From Chiloscyllium plagiosum (taxonomy: Eukaryota): a stretch of DNA of 20,000 bases. The position numbers and the translations under genes were made by a program. Shown here one piece after another: positions 10,430-19,596 of the stretch (position 1 is the first letter of the stretch; the number at the start of each line of letters is the position of its first letter). The notes under the pieces are model-generated. The model was not told the DNA's origin, did not search any database, and saw nothing but the letters and a program-made list of their open reading frames with translations. The stretch is from positions 4,445,896 through 4,465,895 of the forward strand of contig NC_057750.1 in assembly GCF_004010195.1 (NCBI RefSeq), written 5' to 3'.

Positions 10430-10510
10430 AAATCATAGAATCCCTACAGTGCGGAAGAAGGCCACTCGGCCCATTGACTCCACACCGCCCCTCTGAAGAG
10501 CACCCCACCA
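10430..10510 (-). mobile_element. CR1/HE1-type 3' tail fragment
   Basis: AATCATAGAATCCCTACAGTGCGGAAGAAGGCCACTCGGCCCA matches the inverted shared LINE/SINE tail. Confidence 0.7.
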
Positions 10511-11149
10511 GAGTGAGTCAGTTCACTTCCAAATTAGCTGCACACAGATTGACATTAGCTTCCAGGTTTGGGACTAGGAGGCCTCTTGTGTTGCAGTCAA
10601 TAGCGTCCCTACTGTACTTCTGGGATCTCATAGCACAGAGATGGCACCCCCTATCTCTGAGCTCGAATCCCACCTGCTCCCGGGATGTACAATAACATCT
10701 GACTGGAAACTCTCACTAGGATTGACCCTAACAGCCAGTGCTTGCACAGAACTGGAGATTAGTTTATCTAAATAGGTCACGGAATGGACAAATTGATCCA
10801 GGTACAATGTGGTGGTTCGAACATTAAGACGCGTTACAGACAGCAACTGCCGAAAAGGCAGATTGCAGTCTTATCCGTGTAACTGTGGCAACCGGCCTCA
10901 TTTCGCACATTTTCATTGATACCAGTGACTCTTACATTTTTTGTTTCCACTTAATAATTTAAATGTTAGGGCAGGTTCAAGCCTGACACCAGGGGGTGTA
11001 GGAATCAATAATCAGGCAGACACTTAATGAGAATATGGCAAGGTTGACAATATTAAATCATCAATTATTCAATAATTAAATCAAGGCCTTGAGAGCTAAA
11101 TTCAGAGTTTGAAAGCGGAACTGAAGATGAAGATTCCTTCTTTCCTCAA

Positions 11150-11890
11150 TCCTTTGAGTATAGGAATAGGGATGTCAAATTGAGGTTGTACAGGACATTG
11201 GTGAGGCCTTGTCTAGAGAACTGTGGATATTATTAAAGTGGAAAGGGTTCAGAAGAGATTTAAATTAGATTAGATTAGATTAGATTACTTACAGTGTGGA
11301 AACAGGCCCTTCGGCCCAACAAGTCCACACCCACCCGCCGAAGAGCAACCCACCCAGACCCATTCTCCTACATTTACCCCTTCATCTAATGCTACGGGCA
11401 ATTTAGCATGGCCAATTCACCTAACCTGCACATTTTTGGATTGTGGGAGATTTACCAGGATGTTGCCAGGTATGGAAGGTTTGCATTATAAAGGCTGGGA
11501 CTTTTTTCACTGGAACGTAGGAGGTTAAGAGGTGACCTTTATAGGGATATATAAAATCACAAGGGGTCTAGATAGAGTAATGGCAGTTGTCTTTTTCCCT
11601 GAGATGGGGGATTTCAAGACTAGGGGGCACATTTTTAAGGTGAGAGGAGAGAGATTTCAAAAAGACACAAGGGACAAACATTTTTACACAGAGAGTGATA
11701 CACGTGTGGAATGGACTTCCTGGGGGAGTGGTTGATATGGGTACAATGACAACGTTTAAAAGACATTTGGATACACTCATGAATAGGAAAGGTTTGGAGG
11801 GATTTGGGCCAGGAGCAGGCAGGTGGGAACTAGTTTGGGATTATAGTCGGCATGGACTGGTTGGGTCTGTTTCTGCGCTGTATGACTCCA
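11150..11890 (+). mobile_element. CR1 LINE 3' portion, interrupted by a SINE
   Basis: GAGTATAGGAATAGGGATGTC..GGAAAGGGTTCAGAAGAGATTTA//CCAGGATGTTGCC..; ends GGCATGGACTGGTTGG..CTGTATGACTCCATGA. Confidence 0.9.
11263..11446 (-). mobile_element. 5'-truncated HE1-like SINE inserted in CR1 with an 8-bp target-site duplication
   Basis: (TTAGA)4 tail, body similar to 3031-3210, GAGATTTA on both sides (11255-11262 and 11447-11454). Confidence 0.9.
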
Positions 11891-11974
11891 TGAAGTTCTG
11901 TAATGCAGTCACTCTGCATCTAGCTGTTTCACCAAAGTTGGTGTTAAACATTCTGTCTGCGATGCTTGGTCCCT

Positions 11975-12272
11975 ACCCCACCTCTGTACCTTCCTACAGT
12001 CACACCACCCCCTGCCGTCTCTGCCCTCCCCCACCTATGGCCTCTCGAGTGCCTCGGTTTGGAGTCTCTTTAGCTGGACCGTCAGCTACTGAGGATTATC
12101 GAAGCTGAGGAATTCCCTCCCTAAACCTCTCCTCCTTAAAACCCACCTCTCGAAACAGTCCCTCGGTCGCCTGCCCCGATGTCTCAGTTTGTGGTTTCGG
12201 TCTCACGTGGGGCCTGACGATGTCCCTGGTCATTCCCCAACAAAGTGTGCTACAAGAATGCAGTTGTTGTTG
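11975..12272 (+). mobile_element. Old L2-type LINE 3' end
   Basis: GGAATTCCCTCCCTAAACCTCTC..CTCCTTAAAACCCACCTCT and the tail AAAGTGTGCTACAAGAATGCAGTTGTTGTTG. Confidence 0.6.
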
Positions 12273-12874
12273 CCCTGACGGCACCAAGGATCTGGGTCTT
12301 TGGGCAGCAGGGGGTCTAATGTTGGACTTGCTCCAGAAACAAAAGTTTGAGGTGAAATAAATAAATAGCTCCTTTTAAACAAAGAAAAATAATTCATGTC
12401 TGTCAGGGCTTGCTCACCGGTTTAGCCTCCCTGAGCCAGCGCTGGAGACTTGGGGAAAAAGTCGGGATTTCGCCTTTTGTGTTTCTGATGAAGCCTCAGA
12501 CACACCTCCAGATGGAGAGTGGAACTTCTGATAAGTATCACAGTCCCATCTGGGACCAGGGGCTATATCCGGGAGTCGGGGAAGGGAGGGCGGTGGGTAG
12601 CTGTCATTCAACAGCAAGGACAAGAAGGGGCTAAACAAAGGCAGCGATTTGACTCAGCGACTCTAGGGGCACAGCCCCCCCTCCACCCCGGGAGTCTCTC
12701 TCATAACTCGGATCAACGCCAGGGTCAAAGTGGGATCCTCCTGTCTTTGATTTCTGATAAAAGTGCACGAGGGAAAATAAAACATCAAAATACCGGGTAG
12801 CGATTGGAAATTGTGCAGGGGACTGCTGGCAGAGGACCACCCCTTTCAGAGACACGAGGTAAAAACCAGGCACC

Positions 12875-13072
12875 ACAGGAAATGACATCACCAACTCAAA
12901 GAAACCCAAACATATCAATAGAAAGCAGGAATTATCAGCAGTGCTTCGTCCGGAGGCCCACTGAAGATGTTACCCAGTAGGGTGACGAAACGTCTGGAAA
13001 TGAACCTTCCAGCTCAGTGAGCAAACCTACATCCAGAACCTCAACCTGAGCTACAAATCTTCTCAAAACTCA
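12875..13072 (+). mobile_element. Penelope-like element terminal-repeat (pLTR) fragment
   Basis: Contains a complete minimal hammerhead motif of the kind established for PLE pLTRs; flanks GGAAATGACATCACCAAC and AACCTCAACCTGAGCTACAAATCTTCTC recognised from memory as a shark PLE repeat. Confidence 0.7.
12958..12997 (+). ncRNA. Minimal type I hammerhead ribozyme motif
   Basis: CCA (stem I) CTGAAGA T GTTACCC-AGTA-GGGTGAC (7-bp stem II, one G-U pair) GAAA C GTC^ TGG (stem I'); all core nucleotides present. Confidence 0.75.
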
Positions 13073-13204
13073 ACAAGCACCAATCACTGCCTGGTGTGGT
13101 CCCTGTGCAATGTCCCCAGCCACTGCTTAATAGTTCAGGGGGATTTCTGGAGTGGTCAGTCTGGGCCGACTGAGAGGGTACTGACAGAGGAAAGACATAA
13201 AAGA

Positions 13205-13455
13205 AACCTAAGGGGCAACTTTTTCACGCAGAGGGTGGTACGTGTGTGGAAAGAGCTGCCAGAGGAAGTGATGGAGGCTGGTACAATTGCAACATTTAAA
13301 AGGCATTTGGATGGGTATATGAATAGGAAGGGTTTGGAGGGATATGGGCCGGGTGCTGGCAGGTAGGACTAGATTGGGTTGGGATATCTGGTCGGCATGG
13401 ACGGGTTGGACCGAAGGGTCTGTTTCCATGCTGGGCATCTCTATGACTCTATAAC
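13205..13455 (+). mobile_element. CR1/HER1-like LINE 3' end
   Basis: Peptide NLRGNFFTQRVVRVWKELPEEVMEAGTIATFKRHLDGYM followed by the CR1 3' UTR ending CTCTATGACTCTATAACT. Confidence 0.92.
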
Positions 13456-13691
13456 TGGACTTGCACATGCTGCAATGCTCATCCCCCCTCTCTCTATCCC
13501 AGCACCCCCATTCCAGGCAGGAAAGATGGTGCACTCCATGGATTCAGGAAGGCCATTGGGCCCAATGCTAGCCCTTTACACCCAGATCAGGCTCCCCCCC
13601 CCCCCACCACCACCCTTCCCCCACTCTGGTTACAGGAAGGGCCCTGGTTGGTCTCCTGCACAGAGACCCCTGTAGGTGGCAGTATGGCAGA

Positions 13692-13770
13692 ACCCCTATA
13701 CAGTGTGGACACAGGCCATTCGGCCCGTCTAGTCTGCACTGACCCTCCGGAGAGCATACCCCACCCCCAA
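13692..13770 (-). mobile_element. HE1/CR1 tail fragment
   Basis: TACAGTGTGGACACAGGCCATTCGGCCC..GACCCTCCGGAGAGCATACCC matches the inverted SINE tail. Confidence 0.7.
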
Positions 13771-14382
13771 CAGGGACCTTGGCAGGAGTCGCCGTAACAG
13801 GACGGGGAGATAAAACCGAGATTAGTTAACTCTCTATTACAAACTAATTAGGTCATTTGGCATTTTTCTTTTCAAATAAACTTTCTGTTACAAGACATGA
13901 GCTACCACCTTCTGACAATGCCATCTGGTGCACCCACCCTGGCCAACAGGTTGTGGGTGGAGATATTTAATGCCCAGAAATATAAACGGGTTCAGGACAG
14001 TCTCAGTAATGATCTGTGGACCATCCATCACTCCCCACCCCATCCCCCCCAATATGGGAGGAGGGACTGAATTTCCCAGAATCCTGATTGCTGGCTGAGT
14101 GGAGTGAGCTGGTCTTGGCACTGATCGGATTGGCTGGTGGTTTCGGTTGAACCATTTCTCAAGAGGCGACCTCCACACCCACCCCTCCCCCTCCTCCACC
14201 AAAACCCCTCCCTCTCCAACCCCCCCCCCCCCAAAGCCTTCAACACAGAGGGACTAGAGCAGCGATGGGAGTCAACTGGGGTTGGTGAGGAGGGAGAGGG
14301 TCAATGTGCTGAGCACTGGCCACACGTCACTGAGGGGCTTGGTTATCGGGGGGGAGGAACTACCAGCTTCAGGCAACCATGA

Positions 14383-14545
14383 CCTGAGGACTGCAGATGC
14401 TGGGGGTCAGAGTTGATGGATGTGAGGCTGGAAGAGCACAGCATCTGAGGAGCAGGAGAGTCAACGTTTCGGCCCGAAACCCTTTGTCAGGACTTCCCTG
14501 CTCCTCGGATGCCATCTGAGCCTGCTGTGCTCTTCCAGCATCATA
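14383..14545. mobile_element. Penelope-like terminal-repeat inverted pair with a mutated hammerhead core (minus strand)
   Basis: GCTGGAAGAGCACAGCA..GAGGAGCAGG pairs with CCTGCTCCTC..TGCTGTGCTCTTCCAGC; minus strand CTGACAA-AGGGTTTCGGGCC-GAAACGTTGAC has G8 changed to A. Confidence 0.7.
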
Positions 14546-14558
14546 GCCTCCAGCTACA

Positions 14559-14897
14559 GGCGGCACGGTGGCTCAGTGGTTAGCACGGCTGCCTCACCAC
14601 ACCAGGGTCCTGGGTTTGAATTCAGCCCCGGGCGACTGACTGTGTGGAGTTTGCACAGTCTCCTCGTGTCTGTGTGGGTTTCCTCCGGGTGCTCCGGTTT
14701 CTTCCCACACTCACAAAGATGTGCAGGTCAGGTGGATCGACCATAGGAAATTACTCAGTGTTAGGTGCATTAGTCAGGGGTAAGTATAGAATAATAGGTT
14801 AGGGGAATGGGTCTGGGTGGGTTGCTCTTTGGAGGATCGGTGTGGACTTGTTGGGCCGAAGGGCCTGTTTCCAGACTGTAGGAAATCTAATCTAATC
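14559..14897 (+). mobile_element. Full-length HE1-like SINE
   Basis: GGCGGCACGGTGGCTCAGTGGTTAGC head, V-domain GTGTGGAGTTTGCAC..CCGGGTGCTCCGGTTTC, (TCTAA)n tail. Confidence 0.92.
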
Positions 14898-14995
14898 AAC
14901 TGGTCAGACCAGAGAGGAAAATGGGCAATCTCTCTCTCTGGTCCCGCAGAATAGCAATAATATCAAACAACAGCGGAGAGATGGCATGATCTCAC

Positions 14996-15235
14996 AGCAC
15001 TGTAGCTCAGTGGTTAGCACTGCTGCCTGACAGCACCAGGGACCCGGGTTCGATTCCACCTTCAGGCAACTGTCTGTGTGGAGTTTGCACATTCTTCCCG
15101 TGTCTGAGTGGGGTGTGCTCCGGTTTCCAAAGATGTGGATTGGCCATGGGGAATGCAGAGTTACAGAGATTGGGTGGGATGCTTTTCGGAGGGTTGGTGT
15201 GGGCTGAATGGCCTATTTCCACACTAGAGGGACTC
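14996..15235 (+). mobile_element. Degenerate HE1-like SINE with internal deletions
   Basis: AGCTCAGTGGTTAGCACTGCTGCC..GGTTCGATTCC..GTGTGGAGTTTGCACATTC..GGGCTGAATGGCC. Confidence 0.85.
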
Positions 15236-15294
15236 TCTTCCATCCACAGGCAAAATGGTGCAACAAAAATAATTGTTTTTATTCACCATGATTT

Positions 15295-15605
15295 CTTTAA
15301 TTCATTCACTGGAGGTGGGTTTCGCTGGCTAGGACCAGCATTTATTACCCATCCCTAATTGCCCAGAGGACAGTTCAGAGGCAACCCCATCGCTGTGGGT
15401 CTGGAGTCACATGTAGACCAGACCGGGTAAGGAAGGCAGTTTCTGGATATTAGTGAGCCAGACATTTTTATAACAAAAATTAGCAATCAGTCCATTAGGC
15501 TGGGTTTTTGTTTTGTGATTCAGTTTTACTGTCACCTGGCCTGATGGGATTTGAACACGTGACCCCAGAACACTGGTGTTGTGGATTATGAGTCCAGCAG
15601 CATTA
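15295..15605 (-). mobile_element. tRNA-derived SINE(s) related to the 655-1350 element
   Basis: CCAGCATTTATTACCCATCCCTAATT..GTGGGTCTGGAGTCACATGTAGACCAG is the reverse complement of ~1250-1340; inverted B-box-like GGGATTTGAAC at ~15546. Confidence 0.7.
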
Positions 15606-16954
15606 ACACTCTTCCTGCTCCTCTCTCAGTCCATCCCAACACAGGAAGGAATAAGCCCCTGCCAGCAGGAAGCCCAAAAGGATCTCACTGCAGCCCTCTA
15701 CTGGGGACCAGCACCCGGTTCACCACGTTCCTCACACTCTCTCTGCAAATAATTGGTTGGGGGGGGGGGGGGGCTCGAAAATGATTCCAACAGAAAATCA
15801 TCATGAGGTAGAGGAGGCCTAGTCAAAGGTTCTCAGAAACTCAAAGTGCGGGAAGGCGGGGTGTGTGGACGTGGGGAGGGGATAGGGGTGAGAGTGGATC
15901 AGTCCCCTTTCCAAACAAAAGGGGTGCGGCCAATCAGCAGACCAGAATCCTCTCAGCCGCCAGTAATGAATATCGCAGCCACCAATCAGCTTGCTCGCTC
16001 TGCCCTAGCTCCCCACCAATGGGGTGAATCCTCAGGAATGGTGCCCCGTGATTGAATCGGGTGGTGGGTGGGAGGAAGGGGAACGTGACGCATTGTGTTA
16101 TCCTCATTTATGTACAGGTCGAAGGGACAGAAATTTCTAAATCATCGCTAGATACGTTCTGCATCAATCTACCCCTTAACGACAAGATTGGGAATTAGCA
16201 GCAGTTCCAGGCTGTCAGAAATCTAAAGACTGCGTGTTTGTCACACCAGATGCTTGGCGTAGGAACTGTGATTGTGGCTGTTTGTGTAGTTAGCTCCCTA
16301 ACCCATCTGGCCAGCACTCATCTGGGGAAGATGGCACCATACAAATGCACACCTGAAGGAAACAGGTCCCCAGGAATTTCCCACCCCCCGGACTGGTCCC
16401 CACACAATCCTAATGGGCTGCTGCGCACTTTAAAGAATCGAGTCTGAGTTTCGCTTCTGGGTGAGGAACTGGAGACCATTCAGGCTGACCCATCATCCCT
16501 TACAATGATGGTTCACCTGATTGCTTCCTGCCTGTCCCCGATGACCTTTCACCTCTTGCTCAACAAGAACCCATCTTGCGCGGCCTTAAAAAATATCCCA
16601 GGGTCTCCGAGACAATGAAAGTAGCCTTCCTGTTTCTGACGACCCCGCATTTCACAACTTGAGCCAAACCCAAGCAGCCTGCCCACAAAACCAGGCCATA
16701 ACCATGGTAATGAACGGGGGATCCAGTCCAGTAGTGAGTGTGGGGGGGAGGGCAATTTTGTAAAGACTCAAGTAAAGAAGGAAATCTAATTAGAACTCAC
16801 ACACTCCCTTTGATCCATTCATTGCCCACTCCCATAGTATTTTGTTTGGGATGGAGGTGGCAGAGGGTGGGAGATGGGGAGATGGGGAAGGGGGTGGGGT
16901 GGGGGTGAGGGAGAATGGGGGACATGGGTGGGGTGGAATGAAATTGAGGAAGGT

Positions 16955-18367
16955 TTGGAAGGTGAGGGAGGGATTGGAAGGTGAGGGAGGGATTGGAAGG
17001 TGAGGGAGGGATTGGAAGGTGAGGGAGGGATTGGAAGGTGAGGGAGGGATTGGAAGGTGAGGGAGGGATTGGAAGGTGAGGGAGGGATTGGAAGGTGAGG
17101 GAGGGATTGGAAGGTGAGGGAGGGATTGGAAGGTGAGGGAGGGATTGGAAGGTGAGGGAGGGATTGGAAGGTGAGGGAGGGATTGGAAGGTGAGGGAGGG
17201 ATTGGAAGGTGAGGGAGGGATTGGAAGGTGAGGGAGGGATTGGAAGGTGAGGGAGGGATTGGAAGGTGAGGGAGGGATTGGAAGGTGAGGGAGGGATTGG
17301 AAGGTGAGGGAGGGATTGGAAGGTGAGGGAGGGATTGGAAGGTGAGGGAGGGATTGGAAGGTGAGGGAGGGATTGGAAGGTGAGGGAGGGATTGGAAGGT
17401 GAGGGAGGGATTGGAAGGTGAGGGAGGGATTGGAAGGTGAGGGAGGGATTGGAAGGTGAGGGAGGGATTGGAAGGTGAGGGAGGGATTGGAAGGTGAGGG
17501 AGGGATTGGAAGGTGAGGGAGGGATTGGAAGGTGAGGGAGGGATTGGAAGGTGAGGGAGGGATTGGAAGGTGAGGGAGGGATTGGAAGGTGAGGGAGGGA
17601 TTGGAAGGTGAGGGAGGGATTGGAAGGTGAGGGAGGGATTGGAAGGTGAGGGAGGGATTGGAAGGTGAGGGAGGGATTGGAAGGTGAGGGAGGGATTGGA
17701 AGGTGAGGGAGGGATTGGAAGGTGAGGGAGGGATTGGAAGGTGAGGGAGGGATTGGAAGGTGAGGGAGGGATTGGAAGGTGAGGGAGGGATTGGAAGGTG
17801 AGGGAGGGATTGGAAGGTGAGGGAGGGATTGGAAGGTGAGGGAGGGATTGGAAGGTGAGGGAGGGATTGGAAGGTGAGGGAGGGATTGGAAGGTGAGGGA
17901 GGGATTGGAAGGTGAGGGAGGGATTGGAAGGTGAGGGAGGGATGGGAAGGTGAGGGAGGGATGGGAAGGTGAGGGAGGGATGGGAAGGTGAGGGAGGGAT
18001 GGGAAGGTGAGGGAGGGATGGGAAGGTGAGGGAGGGATGGGAAGGTGAGGGAGGGATGGGAAGGTGAGGGAGGGATGGGAAGGTGAGGGAGGGATGGGAA
18101 GGTGAGGGAGGGATGGGAAGGTGAGGGAGGGATGGGAAGGTGAGGGAGGGATGGGAAGGTGAGGGAGGGATGGGAAGGTGAGGGAGGGATGGGAAGGTGA
18201 GGGAGGGATGGGAAGGTGAGGGAGGGATGGGAAGGTGAGGGAGGGATGGGAAGGTGAGGGAGGGATGGGAAGGTGAGGGAGGGATGGGAAGGTGAGGGAG
18301 GGATGGGAAGGTGAGGGAGGGATTGGAAGGTGAGGGAGGGATGGGAAGGTGAGGGAGGGATGGGAAG
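16955..18367. repeat. 19-bp minisatellite T(T/G)GGAAGGTGAGGGAGGGA, 74 full units plus a partial unit
   Basis: 52 TT units (16955-17942), 20 TG units (17943-18322), 1 TT unit, 1 TG unit, then 7 bp; the phase is exact throughout. Confidence 0.98.
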
Positions 18368-18699
18368 TGTCTGGACGTTCCTGGGTAGGATTGTACCCTT
18401 CCCTGACTGCAGCATGTCTACGATGTCTGCCCCCACTCCGCCCCTTGGCAGAGAAAGGCCTGCCCATTGTCTCCACCCACAAGCCTTGGCCCTCACAGAA
18501 TGACCTGACGTTGCGTCATTATTGGGTAAAAGAACAAACCGAGGGCTTTTCTCTCACTCTCTCCTTCACCACCTTCGCAAGTGTGGCACTTCTCAAACGA
18601 AAAATACAAATGTTTCTTAGTGGTTATACAGTTCGGTCCGAAGAGTCTTTTCTTCATTTAGTTTTTGTTTAGAAAATAAAAACTCATCCTCTGGCTCCT

Positions 18700-19430
18700 T
18701 TAGAGCTGGATCTCGAATGTTTTCTGTAAGTCGGTAGAAAAAGGGTTGGTCGGTAGAGCAGCCCCAAGCCGGGCTTGGGATTTGGCCTCCAGTGCGGCCC
18801 ATTGGGCCTCGAATTGGTCAGCCTCTTGGCCAGAGGGTTCAGGGGGCCAGGCCCCAGGCCCAATGGTGACTCCAGAGCGGCTGGGGACTGACGCCCCTCC
18901 GAGAGGCCGTGGGGGCCTGGCCTGGTGCTGGGCCACGGTGGCGCCAGTAGATGATGCAGTGATGCCGAAAGCGGGCATGAATGGGGCAGCTCTGCCGGAG
19001 AAGCCCTGGTTGCTAAGTGGGGCCTGCTGGGCGCTGCCGAAGACGTTGGCCACCATCTGTGAGGGGGTGATTCCCACCACGGGTACACTGGGGGCCGGGT
19101 AAGGGGAGGGCGTGCCGTTGGTCAGGCCGGGGGCGTAGGTCACGAAGGCGGGTGGTGGTCCGAACAGGCTGACGGGGGCAGCCGTGCCGATGAAAGGGCT
19201 CGCTGAGGCTGGGAGGCCGGTGGGAACCGGGATGGCGGTGGGAGCCAACGGGGCTGAGGGAGGCTGCTGCTGCTGCTGCTGCTGCTGGGCCCGGGCTGTC
19301 TTCGCCACCTCCTGCAGCCAGCGCTCAGCCTCTGAGGGAGTCCTCCGATGGCCCGGCTGGAACGTGGAGTTACCTGCTGTCACCGTGGATACGTCCCCCC
19401 AGCCGCCTCCTCCTCCTCCTCCTCCATTCC
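18700..19430 (-). CDS. NUMBL: Last coding exon of a Numb-family endocytic adaptor, most likely Numb-like
   Basis: Peptide FQPGHRRTPSEAERWLQEV, VPVVGITPSQMVANVF, WPPEP, FEAQWAALE, NPFSTDLQKTFEIQL-stop; acceptor TGATTTTGCTTTTTGTCAG ends at 19431 (phase 1); TAA at 18702-18700. FQPGH, AERWL, polyQ and WPPEP favour NUMBL over NUMB (family confidence ~0.97). Confidence 0.88.
19264..19287 (-). repeat. Pure (CAG)8 coding repeat (polyglutamine)
   Basis: Eight CTG on the + strand, in frame as QQQQQQQQ. Confidence 0.95.
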
Positions 19431-19455
19431 CTGACAAAAAGCAAAATCACACCAT
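19431..19455 (-). promoter_or_regulatory. 3' splice acceptor and polypyrimidine tract of the final intron
   Basis: Minus strand ..GTGTGATTTTGCTTTTTGTCAG|GGAAT; Numb-family similarity begins just after it. Confidence 0.85.
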
Positions 19456-19596
19456 CACACACCATCGTCGTAACACCCGACCGACAGATTCCCTCATTCC
19501 CAAACACCTCCCCCCTTTACCCCTTCCCCACCCAAATACCCCTCTCCTCCCCCACCACAACCCCCTCTTGTCCAAAACCCCTTTTCCCCTGCCCTG

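Noticed and set aside
14559..14630. tRNA genes here, at ~3270-3343 and at ~14996-15060
   Set aside because: tRNA-derived SINE heads (A and B boxes) that continue into SINE body and tail; no full cloverleaf
16955..18367. CRISPR-like array
   Set aside because: Units are directly adjacent with no unique spacers, and the context is vertebrate
16790..18496. 568-aa and 561-aa proline/serine-rich minus-strand ORFs
   Set aside because: Artefacts of a stop-free 19-bp tandem repeat that is open in all minus-strand frames; they lie after the NUMBL stop codon
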